From Paraspadella gotoi (lineage: Eukaryota > Animalia > Chaetognatha), in contig CM119269.1 of NCBI GenBank assembly GCA_051294375.1, forward strand, positions 17,470,265 to 17,534,264: a stretch of DNA of 64,000 nt, read 5' to 3'. Positions 24,530 through 64,000 of this stretch are shown in pieces. The notes below the pieces were generated by a model, which saw only the letters and a program-made list of their open reading frames with translations, was not told the origin of the DNA and did not search any database. The stretch's first letter is position 1; every line of letters starts with the position of its first letter. A program made the position numbers and the translations under genes.

Positions 24530-27500
24530 ATGACCACTCGACTCGATCGGCTCTTCCTGTTGCTGGAAACGGGTAAGGTCTTTTGAGACAAAAAGTTTCT
24601 GACCTTTATTAGTTGCGACGCGAATACTCGCGGAGTAACTCACTTTTCGGTCGGTCGGTCGGTACATCCGTCCGTCGGTCTGACCAACTTGCCTATAGTT
24701 AGTTGGTCATTTGTTAAGATGGAAAAATCCTCAAATCTAAGCGACTAAAAGATGGAATTCAGATGCAGTGCGTGGGCACGGGCTAAGAAAGTTATTGCAG
24801 TCATATCATGTCATGTCATTATGTGATCATAAGGAAAGATACTGAAAACGGACACTGCGGCGCAACAAATTGGATGAACTGATCTTGTTATGTATAATTC
24901 ACATCTGGCAGGTTCATCCCCGACTCGCGAGGCGGCGGCGAAGCAATTGGGCGATGTTGTGTCACTTCATCCTGAAGATCTTCAGGCTTTGCTTGACCGA
25001 CTCCTGTCTCTCTTGAAGACCGGAACCTGGGAGACTCGCACGGCTGCGGGCCAAGCGGTTGACGCCATTTGTGAGGCGATGCCCGGGCACGTTTCCTTCA
25101 AAGGTATTAGAAACCTCATTTTTTTATATATTATTTTGTTAAATTTAATTTTTAATAAACAATATTGCCCTTTTTCCCAAAGACGACTGCACAGAAGCTA
25201 TCCCTGAGGGACTCTCGGCGTTGAAAAAGCTTGACATTGATTCTGTTCTTAAAAAAGGTAGAATTTTGATTGTGTACAATTTTCTGTTTTTTCTTCTTTT
25301 TTTTTTATTAACGCTTCATTTTGCGTTAGGATCGTCGTTATTGGCGTCTGAAGGCAGCGAGTTTGAACCAGCGATTTTCCGTACGACGACGCAAGAATCA
25401 CTGACCAATCAGCGTCGTGAACTCAATCGCCGATTAGGTGAATATTTGTCCCTGTTAATATTTAATGGATGTACTAAAATATAAATCATTTGAATGACGT
25501 TGCCGTTTTCAGGACTCGAGATGTCCGAGGGTTCTGGCAAAGAGGTTTCGCTCTGTAAATCCGAGGATCTATTTTCCGACAAAGATCTTCTGGCTTCATC
25601 TCCGTCGCCGTCTTCGTCTTCTTCTCCTTTTCTTATTAAGAACGACCTCCCTTTGATTTTCGGCCGAGACGATGAGACGAAGGAACCGTTGACGAAGAAG
25701 TGGAAGTTCGAAGACAAAGATGTCTGCGACTTGGATCGTAATTCTTCATTCGCGCCTTTCGTCGACGCCCTCCTCCCGGAACTCTTCAGCTTTAAGTGGG
25801 AATCGCGCCACGGCGCCGCCATCGGGCTCCGCGCTGTACTGCGGCACCGGGGCGCCGTCGGCGTCTCCGGACGGGCTGGAGAGGCTAAACAGATTTGGTT
25901 GGAAGAGGTGGTGGCGAGACTCCTGGCAGTTTTGACTGTCGATCGCTTCGCCGATTTCGTCGGCGATGAGGTTTGGTTGATTTCTTTTTTTTTCTTTTTT
26001 TATTTTCTTTTTTTTTCTCTTTTTTTCCCCTGACTGATGATAAAAGATTATTTTTCTATATAGTTTCCATACTTTTTTTTATTTGATTTAGGTAAAAAAT
26101 GGTTGATACTTATCCCTAAAGATATTCTATGCTGAATTTATTCAGCCAATTTTATATTATAAACATTTTATAATAAGGAAAAGTCATTGATTCTTGTTGA
26201 CAAATTAATTTTTTTTAAATTTTTTTAACCAATAAATTTTGACGTCCTATAACTTGAATTAATTTTGTTTCTATATATTTATCAAATTCCTACTTCCATT
26301 ACGTTCCAATACGCTTTTTTCGATGTGAAAAAGTGGCTACTTTTTTTTCGCCGCAGTGTAATTTCTAAATCAAATTTGATACAAATTTGGTATGTATTTA
26401 TTCTTGTTTTTTACTCTATCCTCCGCCAGGTGGTGGCTCCTGTTCGTGAAACTTGCGCCCAAGCTCTGGGCGCCGCTGCACGTCACATGACTGCTGGTCG
26501 AGTGGACGCAGCTGTCGACCTTTTGTTAAAACTCGTCTCGTGTCACAATCAGTGGGAAGTGCGGCACTCTGGGTATAAACTCTTTATCTGAAAATAATTT
26601 ATTGGAAATAATTTTAAATTTATAACATTTTCTGCACAGATTGTTGGGCCTGAAATACCTGCTCGCTCTCCGCGCCCGCTCCTCCTCTCTTCTGCTTCGT
26701 GTCTTCCCGCTCATCCTCTCCCGACTCCGCGATGACGACGACGACGTCCGCAGCGTCGCCGCCGCCTGTTTGCTTCCGGTCGTCGATACCGTCATCGTCG
26801 ATTGTCAACACCATGTCGACGAAACGCTGGCGGCGCTGTGGGGAAGTTTGGGTCGACTGGATGACCTCACTGCCTCCACGGGCAACGTTATGCGGCTCTT
26901 GGCCGAATTGATGGAGCGAAGATCGCGGACGAAGGGGTCTGCGTCGACTGAGGAGGTCGCCGATTCCACCGTGGATTCTTTCGTCGCTGAATGTCCAAAA
27001 CTCTGGCCCTTCTTTTCCCACGGCAGCGAGGCCGTGCGCAAGGCAGTCGCTCAGACGCTGCTGTCTCTGACCGAAGCGTCAACGAACGTCTCGCCGCCTC
27101 TTCTTGTCGACGCGACTCGCCTGTTGTTTCAGCGGGCGCTTCTGGAGGATCGAGAGTCTGTCGTCGACGTCGTGGTGCGGTTGTGGCTTCGTCTGATCGA
27201 TGCCGCTTCTTTAGACGATCTCAACAACTCCGTGGCGCCGTGGATATCCTCGTGGATTGCGCTGGCCATGCAGCCGAATGGACTGCCCTTCGACCCGTCT
27301 ACGCTTTTCAGCGTCGAACATCAAAGCCAGACCGCCCGGTGAGGGTATTTTTTTATGAAAATTTGGGACAACTTAATCAGTTTCAATATTTTTTTTTCAA
27401 CAGCGTCAACAAATGGGGTTCCTTGGTTGCCTCGCCCCCAACCCGGCGCACCTCTCGCGATCTCATAGGCGGCGGAGAACACTTGGGTCTAACACAAGCG

Positions 27501-30500
27501 GAGCGCGATTCGAACGTGACCCGCGCCCGCCTCATCGCCGCGGAAATGTTGGGGGCATTGCTGCGGCGCCTCACCGCGTCGGCACCCTTGACGCCCACTA
27601 TGGCATCGCCCCACGTGGCCGTTATGCCCCTTTGCTCAATGCTCACGTTCTACCTCAACGCGGCCAACTCTCGGTCTTCGGTGCAAAAGTAAGGGAGATG
27701 ATCGCAGATAGAAAAGTAGTCATTAGTTGCATATTCATTAGGCATCTTTATTGCGTCAAAAAGCGATTAAATTTAGTTTCATTCATTCAATGCGTTCCTT
27801 CTTTAGATTCGTCGTTGCCTTCATCATTCGTTTCTGGATGAAAGAGAGAAATTCAAAGAGCAAACTCGTCGTGAATTACCTCTTGCCCGCCATCAAAGAG
27901 TCTTTGAAGGTGACTAGATTTTTATTTTTTAATTTTTAGATCGGAGGAATCATTATTTACTTTCCCTCGGCGCTTAGGATAACATTTACTACGACGAGGC
28001 GGCCGGAAAATTGAGTCGACTTCAAAAACTCATCCCAGAACTTACCTCTTTGCTCAATCCGGAGCAAGTCGCAGCCGCCCGATTGAATCCCGGCCCGGGA
28101 ACGCCCATCTTAAACGGTTTGTCAGGGGAAAAAAAATCGTAGCTTGCGATATTTTTTTAATCAATTTTTGACAACTGACATCCTCTGTTAGCGGTTCTCT
28201 CCCCTCGCTCCACCACTTCTGCTTTCACTTTCGATGACGGCGTCAAACTCTGCCAGACCATCGGCGCGTCTTCGCCCGCTGCTCCGGCCGACGTGGAGCG
28301 GAAGAGGCGCTTGGTGCTGACGATGGCAGAGGAAGGAAAAGCGGAGCACGCGAGGCACGTCTCGCAGGTGCAGAACGCTTTGGCTCAGGCCGCCGTCGCT
28401 TGTTGCGCCGCAGTCGGAAGCGAGGATGAAGAAAACGGTACCTAACTAAATTTTATCTTTTATATCTCACTTTTTGTTTGTTTGCCTGTAATTAACATAA
28501 GAAAGTAAAATTCGGAAGCGAGGATGAAGAAAACGATACCTAAATGCATTTTATCTTTTATATCTCACGAGATAATTATAATTATAATTATCATAATAAA
28601 GTAAAATTCGGTCAAATCCACTAGGCATTCTTTTGGAAAATAGTATCGGGATATGCTGCATCGCTTACATGAATGCACTTTCACTATTAATCTTTTGGTC
28701 ATTCATTCATTTATTAGCCTCTACGTAAATTCATTCATTTATTAGCCTCTACATAAATTCATTCGTTTTCTTTTCCAGCATTATCCTCCTCCCTCCCCGA
28801 TAAACTCAACCCGATAATCCGACCTTTGATGGACTCGATCAAGAGCGACTCTCACCCTCGCCTCCGCTCCGCTTCTGCCGAATCCCTCAAATCGCTCCTT
28901 CGTCTATGTGTCTCACGTTCTCCCTGTCCAAACGCCAAGATACTCAAGAATGTTTGTGGTTTCATCACCGCCGATCCGGAATTTGCACCTAAAATTGCAT
29001 TAAAGGCGACTTTGGCAGTAACGCCGCCTCTCATCGACAATGGAGACAAGGCGCGACCTAAAATCCTTTCGTTGCAAAGACAAGCTTCTGTGGGCCGGAC
29101 AAAGTCAAATGCCGAAGAAGCGAAATTTTCCCGATCTACTTCAGGTTCGTTAATCACATTTTTATATCTTTGAAAGGCTAGTTAGGTCTTCCTGTCTCTT
29201 TTAAAAATCTACTCTCCTCCGAACTTTCTCGTTTTATAGATACAATCAGTCGCCTTGGCGCAGTTGCTGTCCTCAATTGTGTCGCTCGCGATTTCGGCGC
29301 GGATCTCGATCGCCATCTTCCTACTTTCTTGAAGAGTCTCCTGAGCACCCTCGATGTTCCTGAACCAGCCCAGGAAGCCGTCAACGCTCTCTGCGTTCTC
29401 GAGACACTCCTACCTATGCTGCATCCTTCTTTTCGTACGAAAATGTGGGACTTGATTCCCCTTATATTTGGCGACAGATTTCTTGGTAATTATTTTAATA
29501 CTGTCCTGTGCAAAATAAAGAGGACACTCTTCAAACATTAAGTAGCGCTTGTTTATTTATAAAAAATAGGAATGATAAATATAGATTTTGAAATGGAAAA
29601 TCCATATATGTAAATTAAAAGAAAATCGGTCTAAGCATTCAAGAGCTTAGCTCCGAAAGACATGTGGTAAAAAAATTTGAGTCACTTCAAAAAACTATTT
29701 TTGAAGATCTGCCAAAAACCGAAGATACTTTTTAGCCTTAATTTATTTGTTTTTTCAAAAAATTATGAATGGAAATAAGGAATTTTGAAAGAGGAAATCA
29801 TATGTGTAACTTAAAAAAAAATCGATCCAGTCATTCCAGAGCTACAGCACTTTTTAAACAAAAGATGTAAAAAATATTTGAATTTTTTTTTTGCTTTAAC
29901 ATTCTGTTTGAGTACTTAGTAGTTGTAACTGAGTAATTACTTTTAAAAAATACGGCTTCGTAGCAGATAGCCATAGATTAACCAAATTTATACTAATAGT
30001 TCTTTTTTTATAAATATTTTTCACTTATAATATTTTTTATTTTAAAAGATTTAATTGGATTTATTTTCATGTTCTTGGTGTCCTCATTTTTTTGCACAGG
30101 ACTGTATTATAAAATTTTTATTACACTTAAAATAAGAAAGCTTTTCTATGACGTCGTTGCTCCTCTTCTCAGGAAACATGTCCAAAGAAGTTCGTTTTGC
30201 CGCCTCGCGATTCCTAGGAGCCTTGGCTCGTCTCGAAGCCGGCGTGGTTTGGCGCGGCGTCGTGGAAACACTTCTTCCGATGCTAGACCCCGCTGTCGGA
30301 GTTGGTGTGGAAAAAAGGCGCGGGATTGTCGAAGCAGTTTACGTCATTTTGGGTACAAAAGGGTTTTGTATCAAGAATGTTTTCTTAATATTTTTTTCAT
30401 AAATTTATTTATCTTTCCTCTCTTTTTCTTGATACAGAATATCTTGGTCTTTCGACGGTGCCCTTCTTGGTGCACGTGGCACTTCCGGTTTTGGCAGCGA

Positions 30501-33286
30501 TGAGCGACGCCGACGCAGCAGTTCGGCTTTTGGCCGCCAGATGTTTCGCCGTCGTCGTCAACCTCTTGCCGCTGGACAAGGAGGCGCAGGATGGAGGACA
30601 GGTTCTGTAAGATAAGATACGCTTAGTTAGCGAGTTAACAGACCCTTAAACTAAATCGTATCAACTTTATTGCAAATTTTTAGACGGCGTCGTCAACGCC
30701 TCCTATTACTAATGGCTCTCATCTCAACGGCGGTCTCGAGACAGAGACCCATGATTTCTTCGTCAAGCGTCGTATTGACGATCGACGATTCATCGACCAA
30801 CTGCTTCACCCAAAGTCGATGGACGATTGCAGACTCCTCTTCCAACTGCAAGGCGGAATCCGTCTTCGCGCCTATCAGCAAGAAGGCGTCAACTGGCTCA
30901 ACTTTCTTCGCCGCTACCGTCTCCACGGAATCCTTTGCGACGACATGGGCTTGGGAAAAACATTGATGGCAGTCGGAATTATGGCCAACAGTCATGCTGA
31001 GCTGAAAGAAACTTCGGCCGAGAGGCTGACGATGCCCTCGCTCGTGGTTTGTCCTCCTACACTCGTCGGACATTGGATGGACGAGATATCCAGGTATATT
31101 TGCAATAAGAGATGAGAAAGCAAGCGTGATGGAAGAATTCACGAGCGCGGACAAAATGTTGATCTTTCTCTCAGATTCGTCTCCAAGCGCATCCTCCATC
31201 CTCTGCAATGTATGGGCGGAGTCGCGGAGAGAGCGGCGGCTCAAACCCTCTTCTCGTCTCCCGAAAGTTCTTTTAACGTGCTCGTTACTTCCTACGACAA
31301 CGTCCGAAACGACTCGTTGTTTTTCAATCGCAGGGTACGATAATTTCCGATCTTTTTCTCCTTCTCAAACGGCTTTTTTCAACTTCTGATTTTCCATTTC
31401 TAGACTTGGAACTACGTGATTTTGGACGAAGGTCACGTGATCAAGAATGCCAAGACGAAATCGACGAAGGCTGTGAAGAGTCTTGAATCTCGACACCGAC
31501 TCATCCTCTCGGGAACGCCCATTCAAAACGACGCCATCGAACTCTGGTAATTATTTAAAAAAAAAACATTTTGGTCGTCCTCGAAGGCAACACTGAAAAT
31601 CGCCGAGTCTTCGGCTCAGGTCTCTCTTCGACTTTCTGATGCCCGGGTTCCTCGGCGACGAGAAGCAATTTCAGGCCAAATTCGGCAAAAGGATCATCGC
31701 CGGACGAGACGCCAAAGCCGCCTCCAAAGATCACGAACGAGGGGTACTGGCCATGGAAGCTCTGCACAGGCAGGCGAGTCAATGGGGCTCTGAAATTATT
31801 GAATTATTGAATTATACATATTGTCCTAGTGTAATACTTACTGTGATGATTTTGGGGTGATGCATAAGTGGCCCTTATCTTCGATCAATTCATTAGGTTC
31901 TTCCCTTTGTCCTTCGTCGAGTCAAAGAGGACGTCTTGTCCGATCTCCCTCCCAAGATCGTCCAAGACTTCAACTGCGACTTGACTCCGCTTCAGCGCGC
32001 CCTCTACGAAGACTTCGCCCATTCCGAGGCCGGAAGGCAGTTCGAGGAGCGCTTGGCTGGTGACGACGACCGAAGTCGGGAGAAAACGCACGTCTTTCAG
32101 GTTTGTTGGAAATTCTCTGGCGAACTTTTTATTCTATTAACTATGAACTCTTTTTTTTCTCCTCTTAGGCGCTCCATTATCTTCGAAAAGTTTGCAACCA
32201 CCCCGCGCTGGTTTTGACCCCGACGCATCCAAAGTACAAAGAGCTGTCGGCGTCGACGACCGACTTGAATGATGTGGCGCATTCGTCTAAGCTTTTGGCG
32301 CTGCGTCAATTGCTCTGGGACTGCGGGATCGGAATCGTGGATCAACCGGGAGGCGGGGAAAACGACGTTCAGGTTAGTTCCGTTTTACGGCCGAATAAGA
32401 TTCAAGTTCGCAGTCAAGGTTTCTAATTACCCAAAAACCTTCAAATCAGGCGGTTTCCAGTCTTCATCGCGCCCTCGTGTTTTGCCAACAAAAATCAATG
32501 TTGGATTTTATAGAGAATAAACTTTTCAAGGAAACTATGCCATCCGTTTCTTATCTTCGCCTCGATGGCAACGTCCCTCAGTCTCAGGTTGGAGAAAACG
32601 TAGAACTGTTTGTTCGAAATAGAGATCATTTTTGTAAATAAAAGTTTAATAAATAAATTATGACTCGGACTACTAATTTTTATTTTTTTCGGCAGCGACA
32701 TCCGCTGGTGACTCGATTTAACTCGGATTCATCCATCGATGTTTTTTTGTTGACGACGACTGTTGGGGGCATGGGCCTAAATCTCACAGGTAAAAAATAT
32801 AAGAATTACGGATTTTATTACGTATTGTTTTTAATTTTTACAACCCTTCACCCTTTCATAAAAGGCGCGGACACCGTGATCTTCGTGGAGCATGACTGGA
32901 ACCCATCGAAAGACCTTCAAGCGATGGACCGCGCTCACCGACTCGGCCAGCGCCGCGTGGTCAACGTATACCGCCTCATCACTCGCGCCACCATCGAAGA
33001 GCGCATCATGAATCTGCAGCGGTTTAAGACAACGCTCGCCAAAACCGTCGTCGACGCCGACAACGCTTCCCTCTCAGCCATGGGCTCTGACGGGATGTTG
33101 GGACTTTTTGATAAAGGAGAAGTTGAGACTGTGACGGAAAAGGGAGAAGGATCGAAAATTTCCAAAGGATGGCAGAGTCTTGTCGCGGGATTGGAACCTT
33201 TGTGGGACGAAGAGGACTACGAAAAAGAGTTCGATGTGGATGCTTTTGTCCACTCATTTAAGGGGCAAGTTAATCCTATGAAGTGA
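24530..33286 (+). CDS. BTAF1: TBP-associated factor 172 / Mot1 SNF2-family ATPase, multi-exon
   Basis: Starts MTTRLDRLFLLLETGSS..TREAAAKQLG; WETRTAAGQA, WESRHGAAIGLR, DRFADFVGDEVVAPVRETCAQALG, LRAYQQEGVNWL..HGILCDDMGLGKTL, ILDEGH, LHRQVLPFVLRRVKEDVL, FVEHDWNP..DLQAMDRAHRLGQ. Confidence 0.97.
24607..24889 (+). mobile_element. DINE-1/HINE-like element, family 2 (BTAF1 intron 1)
   Basis: 5' stem agttgcgacgcga..tcgcggagtaact, (CGGT)n/GTCC microsatellite, subterminal gcggcgcaac, ends cttgtt; homologous to the reverse complement of 61357-61727. Confidence 0.7.
29501..30104. mobile_element. Tc1/mariner-type MITE
   Basis: TA|CTGTCCTGTGCAAAA..GAGGACAC ... GTGTCCTC..TTTTGCACAGGACTG|TA; TA target duplication. 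Confidence 0.85.
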
Positions 33287-33380
33287 CTGTGTTTTCAGAC
33301 TTGCTTTGATACTCAAAAGGAATAGATATTTTGCTAATTATATAAATTGTATCTTGTTTTGTTAAATTTACCATATTTTT

Positions 33381-33386
33381 AATAAA
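33381..33386 (+). promoter_or_regulatory. Putative polyadenylation signal for BTAF1 (end of the + strand cluster)
   Basis: AATAAA about 95 nt after the BTAF1 stop, followed by a T/GT-rich tract. Confidence 0.6.
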
Positions 33387-33643
33387 GTTACTTTTCTGGA
33401 ACTTCTGGTTTTGTCTCTAAAGATCTTGTACTTGGGGTGAGCGTGATGAAAAAAAAGTGGCAAGGTGACTGTGATCTAGCGTCAATCTGAAGACAGTATA
33501 AACTCGAATTTTGAAAGAACATTGGCAAACTTTAATGAAAAATGAAAAAAAGACATTTAAAAAATGACAAAAATGCCAAAATGGTGCGTAGTCAGTCGGG
33601 TGCTTCTAAAACAAGGAAAGAAAAAAAGGGGGAAAAAATTTTC

Positions 33644-63817
<30,174 letters not shown>

Positions 63818-64000
63818 CTTTAAGTAGATATATTTAAATTTTAAACCTAAAAAATTGAATTTAACTTCAAAATAAGTAATAATTGTCTTACCACGATGTA
63901 ATGTAGGCGTAAAAACCATTTTTCCAAACTTGTTTTATTTCCGACCAGAGAAGACCTATACGAAAATGACATGAAACTTTGAACAAGTTGATCAACCAAC

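Noticed and set aside
24468-24532. REV7-BTAF1 fusion by stop-codon readthrough
   Set aside because: Two consecutive stops (TGA TAA) and the BTAF1 ATG is in a different frame.

Overview
Compact, intron-rich animal (invertebrate-like) genomic DNA: GC-richer exons, short AT-rich introns, many AG/CT microsatellites; the taxon cannot be fixed from sequence alone. The left half (1-33.3 kb) holds six head-to-tail + strand genes (ACTR5, MIOS, L3MBTL-like, a C2H2 zinc-finger gene, MAD2L2/REV7, BTAF1) with stop-to-start gaps of 208, 269, 228, 825 and 59 nt, which looks like a polycistronic, possibly trans-spliced operon. The right half is one large minus-strand TRPC channel gene (33.6 to >63.8 kb) whose introns host a PSI-domain class-3 lipase (opposite strand) and a group-7-allergen/TULIP-like gene (same strand). 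Introns also carry three minimal Penelope-type hammerhead ribozymes, a hairpin-rich element with 4-bp target-site duplications and a covarying core, two DINE-1/HINE-like families and several MITEs. At least five GC-AG introns and many AAG acceptors occur. Gene models were spliced by eye and identified from remembered motifs, not database searches.
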